The notes under the pieces: generated by a model
What the model saw: the letters and a program-made list of their open reading frames with translations, nothing else
Databases searched by the model: none
What the model was told of the DNA's origin: nothing
Translations under genes and position numbers: made by a program
Source: an uncultured Nitrososphaeraceae archaeon
GTDB taxonomy: Archaea > Thermoproteota > Nitrososphaeria > Nitrososphaerales > Nitrososphaeraceae
DNA length: 64,000 bases
Direction of reading: 5' to 3'
NCBI GenBank assembly: GCA_963837175.1
Contig: CAWIMJ010000057.1
Coordinates: 160,001 to 224,000 of the forward strand
In this document: piece by piece, positions 32,806 to 43,629 of the stretch
Layout of the letters: each line of letters begins with the position of its first letter
Numbering within the stretch: position 1 is the stretch's first letter

Positions 32806-33303
32806 TTGCAAACGGCACTCCGAAGTGTAGGTGATTATATTATTAGACACTGCGAAGAGAGAGATCTTGTATCAGTTATTGAAATTAATATGATCGCTCT
32901 TCCAGAACATTATTCTGATTACTTTTTTGAATCTATTCTGAGAGAGTTACCTGAGGCATTTATCATCGCAGAAATAAATGACAGGATCGTAGGTTATATT
33001 ATGTGTAAAATTGAATTTGGATTTTCTAATTTTAGAAAATTAGGATTTGTAAAGAAAGGTCATGTAGTTTCAGTTGCCGTATTACCAGAACACCGTGGGA
33101 AAGGATTAGGGAAGGCTTTGATGCTTGAAGGCATTAATGGTGTCATGAGCCGAAAAAGTGATGAGATTTACCTTGAAGTCAGAAAGAGTAATGAATCAGC
33201 GATCAAGATGTACCAAAAGCTTGGTTTTCAAATAAAGTCTAACTTACGTACATATTATAGAGATGGAGAAGATGCGTATCTTATGGCTTTAGAATTTGGA
33301 TGA
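32806..33303 (+). CDS. N-terminal acetyltransferase, Ard1/RimI type
   Basis: LPEHY, GHVVSVAV, HRGKGLG, YLEVR, YYRDGEDAY. Confidence 0.93.
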   Translation: MQTALRSVGDYIIRHCEERDLVSVIEINMIALPEHYSDYFFESILRELPEAFIIAEINDRIVGYIMCKIEFGFSNFRKLGFVKKGHVVSVAVLPEHRGKGLGKALMLEGINGVMSRKSDEIYLEVRKSNESAIKMYQKLGFQIKSNLRTYYRDGEDAYLMALEFG

Positions 33304-33341
33304 AGAAATCCAATAAATATGAGCTCTGAAATTACTGTCCT

Positions 33342-33560
33342 ATGAAATATAAAAGAAGTGAAACGAAGGTTGCCGGCTATGCTCTCTTGGTTGCTTCTAT
33401 TCTTGTGTTTATAATTTACGCCTATCTTTTACTTAATACTGGTTTAGGCATACTAATTCTAGAACTAACCGTCCTTGCCGCGATTGCTGCTTTGCTTGCT
33501 GTCTTGGGTTGGATAGGATACACAATGGCGACAGTGCCAGCACAGAAAGATGAACTTTGA
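33342..33560 (+). CDS. Small two-TM membrane protein
   Basis: Two hydrophobic helices; WIGYTMAT motif. Confidence 0.75.
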   Translation: MKYKRSETKVAGYALLVASILVFIIYAYLLLNTGLGILILELTVLAAIAALLAVLGWIGYTMATVPAQKDEL

Positions 33561-33567
33561 TGCGTCA

Positions 33568-34410
33568 TCAACTTATATAGACATCAGATACTATCTGATA
33601 TAGCCTTGGACCCACTTCTCTAACTACTCTTGTATCGAGGGTTTCATGTTTATATTTATTGAATGCAGCGCCTATGTTAAATTCGGCATTTTCTCGGGCA
33701 AGATTCTTGGCATTAGCTCTTATATGTGCAAAAAAATGAATAACTCCTCTTCCACCCTTTAATGCCAGTACCGCCGAATCCACGAATTCATCAGATCTTT
33801 CTGGTAATGGCATCAAGACCCTATTGCATAGGCCTTGGATCTTATTGTGAATAATATCTTTAGCATTTCCGCAAATGGGCAATACTTTATCTTGAACTCC
33901 ATTTAATTTAGTATTGATTATAGACATTTCATGGGCAAAAGGATTAGAATCGATACTATAAACTTTACACGTCTTGTTCATCTTTGCAATTATAATAGAA
34001 AATGTTCCTACCCCTGCAAACATATTTGTAATAACCTCATTATCAGAGATGAGCTTTGCGATTCGCAATCTTTCAGTCGATAACCTAGGAGAAAAATATG
34101 TATTTTGTATATCCACTCGAAACCTACATCCGTGTTCTCTATATTCAGTTATTGTATTATATTCGCCAGCAATAAATTCGAGGCCACGTATTCTATAATC
34201 TCCTTGAACTGCAGTGGTTTGTGTAAAAACAGATTTTGCCGGCTTGACATTCTGAAGAATTCTCTTACCTATTATTTGTTTTTTTTCCTTTAAAGAATCA
34301 GGGATTTTTACTATTACGATACTGCCTATCACATCGAAGGCCGAATAGACTAGAGATATTTCGTCAGGTGTTAATTCTTCACTTAAAATTTTTTTAAGAA
34401 GATGACCCAT
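33568..34410 (-). CDS. Trm5/TYW2-family tRNA-modifying SAM transferase
   Basis: AFDVIGSI, YFSPRLSTER, NMFAGVGTF, DSNP, MPLP. Confidence 0.9.
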   Translation of the reverse strand: MGHLLKKILSEELTPDEISLVYSAFDVIGSIVIVKIPDSLKEKKQIIGKRILQNVKPAKSVFTQTTAVQGDYRIRGLEFIAGEYNTITEYREHGCRFRVDIQNTYFSPRLSTERLRIAKLISDNEVITNMFAGVGTFSIIIAKMNKTCKVYSIDSNPFAHEMSIINTKLNGVQDKVLPICGNAKDIIHNKIQGLCNRVLMPLPERSDEFVDSAVLALKGGRGVIHFFAHIRANAKNLARENAEFNIGAAFNKYKHETLDTRVVREVGPRLYQIVSDVYIS

Positions 34411-34413
34411 TGT

Positions 34414-36228
34414 CTAGCTAGAGGATTTATTTACGAAATAATAATCACCGGTACTTTTTTGGGTTCGATCTAGTCTACCTCCTTCTTTATTAAGCCGGGG
34501 TCTGCCAGTAACATCGTCTCTTCTGTATGTAATAGCTAAAGTTTTCAAGAAATGATTCATTCCATTCTCTTTGTTCATTGGATTGCTAGTCGATCCTTTT
34601 ATAGATGGAATACCTTCGAAAATTACTAAGGTGTCAGCTACTATATCTATTAACTGCATATCGTGATCTATTATTACTGCCGATTTACCTTGTGATCTGA
34701 CGAAACGCTGAATGAATTTTGCCAGTGTGATTCTATCTTCCACGTCTAGGAAGGCAGACGGTTCGTCCAATGCATAAATATCGGCCTGTCTCATCAATGA
34801 TGCGGCTATGGCTACCTTTTGTAATTCCCCTCCACTAAGATTTTTGACATTTTTATCGTATAATTTCTTTATTCCCATTGGAATTAAAATTTGCTCCTCC
34901 ACAGGAGAACCTTCTATCGCATTCTGATATGCAGTATATAATAAAGAGCGCACGTCTCCGTCATAATCTTGGTTAAGATATTGAGGTTTAAATGAAATTC
35001 TTGCGCCAACGTCAATAGTGCCAGACTCTGGTTTGTCTATTCCTGCTAGCATTTTCATGAATGTTGTCTTACCCAATGCGTTGGCACCGATTATTCCAAC
35101 AATTTCTCCTTGACGTATTTTACCTGCAGATATTTTGAGATCAAATGATGGAAAAGACTTTGTTATATTCGTATAATGAGAGAGAGGAACGTCCATAATC
35201 ATATCGTCAATTGAACTTCTTATATCGAATCTGAAGGATTTCTCTCTAAATCGTACATTTTCGGCAGGGAGAAATCCTTCAAGGAAGTTATTAATGCCTA
35301 GTTTTGTACTTTGAACTCGAGAGACAATACCGTATGCGCCCGGCTCGCCGTATAGAATATGAATATAATCTGAAAGATAATCTAATAATGTCATATCGTG
35401 TTCTACCACCATAACACTCTTACCCTGTCGTGAGAGATCTTGAATCACTCTACTGACGGCGAGTCTTTGGTAGACATCGTTGTATGAAGATGGTTCGTCG
35501 AAGAAGTAATAGTCAGCGTCCTTTGCAGATGCTACCGCAACAGCCAACCTTTGCAATTCGCCTCCGCTTAATTCATTAACATTTCGTTCAAGAGAATTTT
35601 TCAGTCCAAGTTCTTCTACCAGAGTATCTGTCACTTTACGTTCGTCATATTTTTTCAATAACTCTTTTGCACTTCCCTTAAATGCTTTTGGAATAAGATA
35701 AACTAATTGAGGTTTGATCGACGCACGTATGCTACCGTTCGCAATTCTCTCAAAATATGATTTTAATTCGGTACCTTGAAAATACTTGAGAATATCGTTC
35801 CAGTTAGCCTTGCAGTCATAATTTCCCAAATTAGGCTGAATATTTCCTGATAAAATATTTACTATAGTTGACTTACCTATTCCGTTTCTTCCAAGCAAAC
35901 CTACGACTGCGCCTTTTTTTGGTGTTGGAAGACGGTATAGTCTGAAAGAATTAACACCATATTGATGAATCTTATCTTGGCTTAACTCCTTTGCGAGATT
36001 AACAATAACTATCGCGTCAAATGGACATTTTTTTATACATATGCCGCAGCCAGTACATAGGTCCTCTGAAATTAATGCCTTTCCATCTTCAGGACGCTGT
36101 ACTATACATTCTCCACCTGTTTTATTTACTGGACAGTAGATAATGCATTCCAATCCGCATTTTTTAGGCTGGCATAATTCTTGGTCTAGAACAGCCACTC
36201 TATGTGTTGACTCTGTTGAATTTCCCAA
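34414..36228 (-). CDS. rli: Ribosome recycling ATPase ABCE1/Rli1
   Basis: N-terminal Fe-S Cys clusters, two Walker A motifs (GIGKS, ALGKT) and two LSGGELQ signatures. Confidence 0.97.
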   Translation of the reverse strand: MGNSTESTHRVAVLDQELCQPKKCGLECIIYCPVNKTGGECIVQRPEDGKALISEDLCTGCGICIKKCPFDAIVIVNLAKELSQDKIHQYGVNSFRLYRLPTPKKGAVVGLLGRNGIGKSTIVNILSGNIQPNLGNYDCKANWNDILKYFQGTELKSYFERIANGSIRASIKPQLVYLIPKAFKGSAKELLKKYDERKVTDTLVEELGLKNSLERNVNELSGGELQRLAVAVASAKDADYYFFDEPSSYNDVYQRLAVSRVIQDLSRQGKSVMVVEHDMTLLDYLSDYIHILYGEPGAYGIVSRVQSTKLGINNFLEGFLPAENVRFREKSFRFDIRSSIDDMIMDVPLSHYTNITKSFPSFDLKISAGKIRQGEIVGIIGANALGKTTFMKMLAGIDKPESGTIDVGARISFKPQYLNQDYDGDVRSLLYTAYQNAIEGSPVEEQILIPMGIKKLYDKNVKNLSGGELQKVAIAASLMRQADIYALDEPSAFLDVEDRITLAKFIQRFVRSQGKSAVIIDHDMQLIDIVADTLVIFEGIPSIKGSTSNPMNKENGMNHFLKTLAITYRRDDVTGRPRLNKEGGRLDRTQKSTGDYYFVNKSSS

Positions 36229-36400
36229 TGTAATATGCTTAGTTTTGCAATAATATATTATAATCCTTGTGCAGGAAATAGAAGAATTTCTTCTGAAAAG
36301 TGCAAAAAGGTTCTTATTGTAATCTGCTATGTTGATATATATAGATATTTGGTATACAATATACCTCCAAGTTTATATTTTATTTTGACCAATATTCTTT

Positions 36401-37228
36401 ATGGCAGATGAATCTGTAGATGATCTTCGAAGTCTATCTTCAAAGACAATTTATTATACCAAAAACTTCGACCTTGATCACATTAGACTACAACATTTTT
36501 TTTCAAAAAAAGATGATCCTCGACCAGTTTTAATTTATAGTCTCTCATCAACCGTTCTTCTTCTAACTTTGACAGGTTTATTATTTTCATCTGCGTTTGC
36601 CCAACAGACGCCAGGAACACAAAATGAAGAGAAATTATTAAAACCGCCAGGAAATATGAGTAGCAATAACGATATGAAGGATACAATATTGAATACAACA
36701 GGCACAGATCTGCCAATTTTACAGAAACTATCTGATAAGGGAAATTATTTAGTACAGGTACGATGGAGTCAGGATCCTACTCTACTTGCTGCAAGTGGAT
36801 TTGATATGGAGATAGTATTCCTTAATGCAAGCGAGCCAGAAGCAACACCACAAACCTTTCCACAAAAAGAGACAAATTTGACAGGAGCGTCATCTCTTGG
36901 TTCAAGTTTCTTCACGGATCCGTCTATCATACAGAGAATGGTTCCAATTGAAAGTTATGATATAATTGTATATTCTGATAGTGGTGAGGAGTTATGGAAG
37001 AAGGCAAACCAACCGGTTCAAGCGGGAAGAGCATATGAAAGAATAACATTTGAAAAACCCTATACAGGTAATATTACTATACAGATAAATAATATCAAAT
37101 CTGGCGGTAGCATGGGTGGAACAATTGGAGGTACATTATCTGGTTCAAATGAAAATAAGTCAAGTGATGAGCGATTGGCAACAGACTCAGTAAAGTTTAC
37201 TGCAAGAGTCATAGAGAATAATCCTTGA
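36401..37228 (+). CDS. Hypothetical secreted/surface protein
   Basis: Signal-like hydrophobic segment ending SSAFAQ; true start probably downstream of 36401. Confidence 0.72.
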   Translation: MADESVDDLRSLSSKTIYYTKNFDLDHIRLQHFFSKKDDPRPVLIYSLSSTVLLLTLTGLLFSSAFAQQTPGTQNEEKLLKPPGNMSSNNDMKDTILNTTGTDLPILQKLSDKGNYLVQVRWSQDPTLLAASGFDMEIVFLNASEPEATPQTFPQKETNLTGASSLGSSFFTDPSIIQRMVPIESYDIIVYSDSGEELWKKANQPVQAGRAYERITFEKPYTGNITIQINNIKSGGSMGGTIGGTLSGSNENKSSDERLATDSVKFTARVIENNP

Positions 37229-37813
37229 AATCTTATAAAATCTTCTTATATCTTTATGATTTTAATAATAAAAAATTGAACAAAAGAAAGGTATATTCCT
37301 GTTTATCCTTAAAATTGCTAGAGCCATGGAACAGATCTATTGACTCATATCATTGCAAGTCCAAAGATCCTTTGTAAATTCTACCCCTATCTCATAGAAT
37401 ATAATGCAGTATAGAGGCATAATCTTGACGATAACAGAGTTACTATTTTTGATTTCAACCATCATCATTAATAATAATATTCATTTCTATAAATTATCAT
37501 TGAGTATAAATTTCTTAACTCGAATAAGTGTTCATTTTGATATTTATATGCAAATGTGGTAGGAGTCTTTTCATAAGAGTCGAAAATAAAATTCTGTCGG
37601 TTTAAACGAATCTGTATGTGTATATGGCTATATAACAAACTATTTCATTATGTAATTTTTTGCATTTATTATTTAACCCTTTTTTAAGCTCCTTTGAACA
37701 CCAACTTCCTTGAACTTTTCAGCTCCCTAATTGGAAATCTTCTCATGGCTATTTATTACATTACTATAGGGACTCTAAAAGATTAAATTAACCCTTTGAG
37801 GATAGTAAATTAA

Positions 37814-37926
37814 GCCGGCCATAGCGACAGGGCGCGACCCGGTCCCATTCCGAACCCGGAAGTCAAACCTGTCGTCGCTGTTGTAATACTGACCTGCGTG
37901 AGCGGTTGGAAAACAGCAGTGCTGGC
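37814..37926 (+). rRNA. rrf: 5S ribosomal RNA, not linked to 16S/23S here
   Basis: GGCCATAGC...CCCGGTCCCATTCCGAACCCGGAAGTCAAACC core; termini GCCGGC/GCTGGC pair; BRE/TATA-like AAAAGATTAAAT at 37777-37788. Confidence 0.96.
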
Positions 37927-38193
37927 ATTCTATTTCCTTAAGCGAAGATATATTATTCCATATTTCAAATTTCTTGTTGCTTGTATTCCAATATATATTC
38001 TATATTTTTGCCCCCTTGATTTACTCCTCTCTAGCAGCCATCTAGAAAAAATGTGCAAGTCTAATAGTTTAAAGCAATCCATTATTATTTATTTTATATG
38101 ATATCCAACGTGCGAGCTCATTATGTTATAATAGTTTGATATTTTCTTAATTTTATTTTCTTTTTTATACTAATCGTATTCTATTGCTATTCT

Positions 38194-38773
38194 TCAGGGA
38201 AGAATATTGTTCTCACCTAAATGGATCTGTTTTAACAATCGCTTTATATTTAGCCCTATTCGGTCAATAACGGGGTATATCGACACTAATCCAGCTGGTT
38301 CCCAAATATGAGTTTCAATAATGCATGCAAAGTTTGCCACTTTAATTGATATTTTTCTTATTTCTTCCTTCATGATATTTGCGGTAAAAGAATCACGAAG
38401 GGAGGTATCTTCTGTCAAAATGTCAGCAAGGAGACCCCCGCTCCAGCCGAATGTAATAACTTTTCCATTGCGTAGTTGGAAGTATGGGTTAGCGAGCCAA
38501 TAACTTATAGGCGCTGTCGTCTTTTTCTGATATTTGCTGATTTTCTATTAAACAATAAACATTGTAAAAGGGGCCCATTCTTACTATGTCTTCTATTCCT
38601 ATGTAGTCTATATTCTCGTTATTAAGTGTGAGAAAACCATCTCTATTCAACAACCACCTTTCGAAATATGGCTTTTTGATATTATTAATATCAAAATTTG
38701 AATTACCAATCTTACAGTTTACCCCTATAGATATCAATTGTTCTACAAGGATCTTCATTTGAAATATTGGCAA
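38194..38773 (-). CDS. Hypothetical protein (~192 aa) split by a +1 frameshift at 38494
   Basis: ORFs 38489-38773 and 38194-38418 join through an open linker (ANPYFQLRNGKVITFGWSGGLLADIL) when one C in GCTCGCT is removed. Confidence 0.7.
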
Positions 38774-39118
38774 TTAGTATTCTAGATCAATAATGCTTAT
38801 CTGTTAGATATATTTGACGCAAAAAGTGCCTTCATTTGTATTCTATAAAAAAGGAATTACAGTGAATGTAATGAGAGGCAAAAATTACAGGATAGTATTT
38901 AGATTTGGTATAAAGAAGAGTTTCCAACTAATGGATTTACCATCTTAAGTAATCTTTTTTTTAAATACGAGACTGTGATTTGAATAATACTAATTGACTT
39001 TGCAGATATGTCATTGTTATCTTCACCTATTACTAAGTCGTGTCATGTTAATTGTATAATATACCCAGAGTCTTAATTCTTATATTTTCCAAAAAGAATC
39101 TAAACTGAAATATGGTAA

Positions 39119-40615
39119 TTAAATTATTTTATCTTCCATCAACAACTTCACGAGAGTTCGGATCCCAAATCCCGTTGCTCCCTTTGGATTGTAGCTTCGT
39201 TCATAAGTTCCTTCCTGTGTCCATGCTGTTCCTGCAATATCTATGTGTATCCACGGCAATCCATTAGTAAAATTTGAAAGGAATGATGCTGCAGTTATCG
39301 CGCCGCCTGGTCTTCCACCGATATTTTTGATATCAGCCACATAGCTCTTTATTTGTTCACTAAATTCTTCATATAATGGAAGCTCCCAAAACTTTTCACC
39401 AGTTCTTTCAGATATGTTATGCAGTTCATCAATAAGCTTTTTGTTTGTTCCTATTACAGCAGCCACATTGGTGCCAAGTGCAATGATACATGCTCCAGTG
39501 AGAGTCGCTAGATCAATAACGGCCTTTGGATTATAAGTTGAAATCCCAAACGCTAAAGCATCTGCAAGAATCAGTCTACCCTCTGCATCAGTATTCAAAA
39601 CCTCGACAGTTTTACCGTTATACATTTTGATTATATCTCCTGGTTTATAAGAAGTACTAGATGGCATGTTTTCAACTGAGGGGATAAGCCCAATAACATT
39701 TATTGGTAATTTCAGAGATGCAACTGCTTTCATAATGGCAATAACGTTACAGCCTCCAGATTTATCAAATTTCATTTCATCCATTTTGTCACTATCTTTT
39801 AAGGAAATTCCACCAGTATCAAACGTTACTCCTTTACCGACTAACAGGTATGGTTTCTCATCATCATTAGAACCACGATACTCCAAAATGATCAGCTTCG
39901 GAGGATAATGACTTCCTTTGCCAACGGACACTATTCCATTGAGTCCCATTGATTCCATTTCATATCGTTCTACAATTCTGGATTTAAGTCCATATTCGGT
40001 GGCTATCGATAATGCAATACTGGCTAATTGGGATGGAGAACAATCATTTGGAGGAAGATTGCTTAGATCCCGTGCAAAGTTCACTGCCTCAACCAACAAG
40101 CTAGTCCTATCTACAATGGATTGAATGTTGGTCATCTCAGCATTAATTAGTATTGTGACCTGATTAGCCTTTAATTCCTCCTTATCATCATTTGTTTTGT
40201 ATCGATTAAAAGAATAAAGCGATAGACCGACGCCCTCAGAAATTGCTTCGATCAAACCTTCATTTAAATTAGAGAAAAGTAAAATGGAAAATTCTGAAAT
40301 TCCCATCTCTCTTACCTTTACAGCGGCTTTTGCGGAGGCAATTCTTGCAATTTCGTTGTTGAATTTGTCTTTTTTGCCAAGACCTAGTAACATGATTTTT
40401 TTCATTGGACCTTTGTCCATTGTAGGTAGAACTAAACTTGTCCCTAGATTAGCTTTAAACTCTTTGTTTGATAGTATTTGCTTGATAATGTGATATAATA
40501 TTGACTCAATCCCATTTGAATATAAAAAATCGTTTTCATTTTCATAGACTCCAACGACTAGAAGAGGTGTTTGTTTTTGGTCAATTCTTGCTTTTTCTAC
40601 TATGATTTGAACCAT
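39119..40615 (-). CDS. pepA: Leucyl aminopeptidase (M17)
   Basis: GKGVTFDTGGISLK, MKFDKSGG, NTDAEGRL, DLATLTGA. Confidence 0.96.
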   Translation of the reverse strand: MVQIIVEKARIDQKQTPLLVVGVYENENDFLYSNGIESILYHIIKQILSNKEFKANLGTSLVLPTMDKGPMKKIMLLGLGKKDKFNNEIARIASAKAAVKVREMGISEFSILLFSNLNEGLIEAISEGVGLSLYSFNRYKTNDDKEELKANQVTILINAEMTNIQSIVDRTSLLVEAVNFARDLSNLPPNDCSPSQLASIALSIATEYGLKSRIVERYEMESMGLNGIVSVGKGSHYPPKLIILEYRGSNDDEKPYLLVGKGVTFDTGGISLKDSDKMDEMKFDKSGGCNVIAIMKAVASLKLPINVIGLIPSVENMPSSTSYKPGDIIKMYNGKTVEVLNTDAEGRLILADALAFGISTYNPKAVIDLATLTGACIIALGTNVAAVIGTNKKLIDELHNISERTGEKFWELPLYEEFSEQIKSYVADIKNIGGRPGGAITAASFLSNFTNGLPWIHIDIAGTAWTQEGTYERSYNPKGATGFGIRTLVKLLMEDKII

Positions 40616-41027
40616 TGAAAACTAATAAAGTTAAACACTTTATTTTAAATTAATGTATATAACTCATGTCCTTATTTTTCTTATACCGATATTATCCCAA
40701 AATGACAGAGACGATAATAAGAACAACATCGCTTATCTCTCATTTTTTTGGTATTATAGGAAATGCATTTGAAATATTGTTATTAATAGAATTTTATGCC
40801 CTCTGAGAATGACTCGACAATCCGCAGTCTAGTCAATATATTAGAAATATTATCATTTTGTAGCAACCAAATGAATAAAACCGGAATGGATGAACCCGAT
40901 GGCATTGTAAATTTTTGGAGGTATGACAGCCATGCTTTGTTAAACCTTATAATCGCCCATATCTTTTTATTTTTGTTATCCTCGCCTTCTCTTATGACAT
41001 GTATATCATCTGATGGCTGTTGTTACC

Positions 41028-42671
41028 ATGGCTTTTAGTATGCGATATCTTGATTTGAAAAGAAAAATACGTGATGTCCGTATGCTGGCAATACAAGGAA
41101 TCGCCAAAGCTGGTTCCGGTCATCCTGGAGCATCATTCTCTGCAGCCGAAATAATGGGAGCGCTTTATTTTAGAAAAATGAAACACGACCATTTAAATCC
41201 ACATTGGGAAAACAGAGATTACTTCATAAATTCTAAAGCTCATTCTGCCCCTGGTTTTTATGCAACTCTGGCGGTTGCAGGTTATTTTCCTGATGATGAA
41301 ATAAATGATTTGCGTAAGCTTGGTTCTAGGCTGCAAGGACATCCCGTAAGATATAGCGAACAACAGAAATACCATAGCGTGCCAGGGGTAGAGTACTCTG
41401 GAGGATCTGAAGGTATTGGGCTGTCGGTATCAATTGGTATAGCATTAGCCAATAAATTAGATAATAAAAAGAATCACGTCTATACCTTGATAGGTGATGG
41501 AGAATCAAACGAAGGACAGGTTTGGGAGGCTGCAATGGCAGCATCAAAGTTTAGATTAGATAATTTAGTAGCTATACTAGATCGTAATCGCATACAACAA
41601 GATGGTTTTACCGAAGACATCATGCCGCTCGATCCGATGCGTGATAAATGGTCAGCTTTTAATTGGAATGTTATTGAGATTGACGGTCACAAAGTTGAAC
41701 AGATAATTGACGCTCTATCCAAAGCGAGCTCGGTTGAAGATAAACCTACTATAATTATTGCTAATACCATCAAAGGAAATGGGATAAAGCATATGGCTAA
41801 TGTTCCACAATGGCACGGAAAGGCACCGCCTTATAAGCATACTCCTTTATTATTAGAGGAACTGGATAGTGAATTCCTGATTGCTCCATCAATCATTGCA
41901 GGATCGCGAGAAAATTATGAAGAGAAGGTTAGAGCGGCAGAACGTGGTGACGCTGATATTATTCATCTAGATATAATGGATGGCAAGTTTGTACCCAATA
42001 TCACTTTCTTTGCAGATACCATTAAGAAATTACGACGTATTACTAGTCTTCCATTTGACGCCCACCTTATGATTGAAAATCCGTTGGATCATATAGATGA
42101 ATACATTGATGCTAGATGCGATATAATCACTGTTCATGCAGAAGCATGTGATGAAAATCAATTTCGGCATATCAATAACAAACTTCTTTCGAATGGTATA
42201 AGTCCAGGTATCGCAATTAACCCAAGCACAGAACTTCCTGATTGGATTTATTCTCATCTTCAAAATATCGATGTTATTGTAATAATGTCCGTAGACCCTG
42301 GTTTTGCTGGTCAGAAATTTGTTCCCAAAATTCTGCCAAAAATGGCATTAACAAATAGAAAATTAAGGGAGAATGGATTCAAGGGATATATTGAAGCAGA
42401 TGGCGGTATTGACGCTACTACTTTACAACAAGTATACGACATTGGGGCAAGGATTGTTGTTGCAGGGAATGCAGTATATGGGAGCACCGATATTCATGCT
42501 GCTATTATCCAACTCAAACATAAAGCAAATGTTGCATTAGAAAGGAGGCTTCTTGAACATGCAACTAAATTGGGGATACGAGTAGATTGGATGAAGACAC
42601 GTAAACATATATTGATTCCACTAGCAAACGAATTGGGAATAGAAGAGGAATTTCATGCAATTAACGAGTGA
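41028..42671 (+). CDS. Fusion of transketolase N-terminal (TPP-binding) subunit and ribulose-phosphate 3-epimerase (start 41013, 41028 or 41040)
   Basis: GSGHPG, GDGESNEGQVWE, WHGKAP, then IAPSI, HLDIMDGKFVPN, DAHLM, MSVDPGFAGQKF, DGGI. Confidence 0.93.
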   Translation: MAFSMRYLDLKRKIRDVRMLAIQGIAKAGSGHPGASFSAAEIMGALYFRKMKHDHLNPHWENRDYFINSKAHSAPGFYATLAVAGYFPDDEINDLRKLGSRLQGHPVRYSEQQKYHSVPGVEYSGGSEGIGLSVSIGIALANKLDNKKNHVYTLIGDGESNEGQVWEAAMAASKFRLDNLVAILDRNRIQQDGFTEDIMPLDPMRDKWSAFNWNVIEIDGHKVEQIIDALSKASSVEDKPTIIIANTIKGNGIKHMANVPQWHGKAPPYKHTPLLLEELDSEFLIAPSIIAGSRENYEEKVRAAERGDADIIHLDIMDGKFVPNITFFADTIKKLRRITSLPFDAHLMIENPLDHIDEYIDARCDIITVHAEACDENQFRHINNKLLSNGISPGIAINPSTELPDWIYSHLQNIDVIVIMSVDPGFAGQKFVPKILPKMALTNRKLRENGFKGYIEADGGIDATTLQQVYDIGARIVVAGNAVYGSTDIHAAIIQLKHKANVALERRLLEHATKLGIRVDWMKTRKHILIPLANELGIEEEFHAINE

Positions 42672-43629
42672 AAAAAAGAGCGCCGATATGAGAGGAGCTT
42701 TTGGTGATACCCTAGTCGAATTAGGAAAAATTAATCGTAATATAGTGTGCGTAGGAGGTGACACCACAGAGTCTGTAAAAACAAAGAAATTTGGAGATCA
42801 CTATCCTGATCGGTTATTCAATGTTGGAATTGCAGAAGCAAACCTTGTCTCTATTGCAGCAGGGCTTGCAATCGCGGGCAAAATTGCATTTGCTAGTACT
42901 TATGCAGCTTTTCTCCCTGGTCGCTGCCTCGATCAAATCCGCAATACTATTTGCTATCCAAATTTAAACGTGAAACTTATCGTTTCTCACGCTGGATTAA
43001 CCGTAGGACCGGACGGAGCATCACATCAACAAATAGAAGATTTCTCAACTATGCGAGCTATTCCTAATATGCGAGTAATTGTCCCTGCGGACGCAGTTTC
43101 AGTAAGACAATTAATCAGGACAATAGCATACACTTCCGGTCCATTTTACGTACGACTTGCAAGGCCATCTAGTGAAATAATATACATGGAAGATGAAATA
43201 TCATTTAATGTAGGTACAGGAAATATTCTGCGAGATGGATCAGATGCAAGCATCATATCGTGTGGGCTTATGGTGACAAGATCTTTGAAAGCTGCCGAAA
43301 TACTTCAGCGGGACAAGGGTATTTCCTGTCGTGTTATAGACATGTTTTCGATTAAACCTATTGATAAGGACCTAATATCTAGCTGTGGTAAAGAAACCGG
43401 AGCAATAGTGACTGCTGAAGAACATAATATAATTGGAGGATTGGGAAGTGCAGTAGCCGAAGTGACTGCAGAAAATTATCCTGTGCCAATCAGACGTGTA
43501 GGGATAAATGATATGTTTGGAGAATCTGCCAGAGATGAAGAAATTGAACTGTTATTAGAAAAGTTTGGCTTAACAGCAACAGAAATAGCACGGGCAGTAG
43601 TAGAATGTAGGAGTAGAAACAAAAGATGA
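42655..43629 (+). CDS. Transketolase C-terminal subunit
   Basis: GIAEAN, GPDGASHQ, TAEEHNIIGGLG. Confidence 0.94.
   Translation: MQLTSEKKSADMRGAFGDTLVELGKINRNIVCVGGDTTESVKTKKFGDHYPDRLFNVGIAEANLVSIAAGLAIAGKIAFASTYAAFLPGRCLDQIRNTICYPNLNVKLIVSHAGLTVGPDGASHQQIEDFSTMRAIPNMRVIVPADAVSVRQLIRTIAYTSGPFYVRLARPSSEIIYMEDEISFNVGTGNILRDGSDASIISCGLMVTRSLKAAEILQRDKGISCRVIDMFSIKPIDKDLISSCGKETGAIVTAEEHNIIGGLGSAVAEVTAENYPVPIRRVGINDMFGESARDEEIELLLEKFGLTATEIARAVVECRSRNKR

Noticed and set aside
40796-41038. 80-aa ORF, and an ACAGCCAT/ATGGCTGT inverted repeat with an adjacent CTGA (40926-41020) resembling a C/D RNA
   Set aside because: ORF lacks features; no recognisable C box follows the 5' stem
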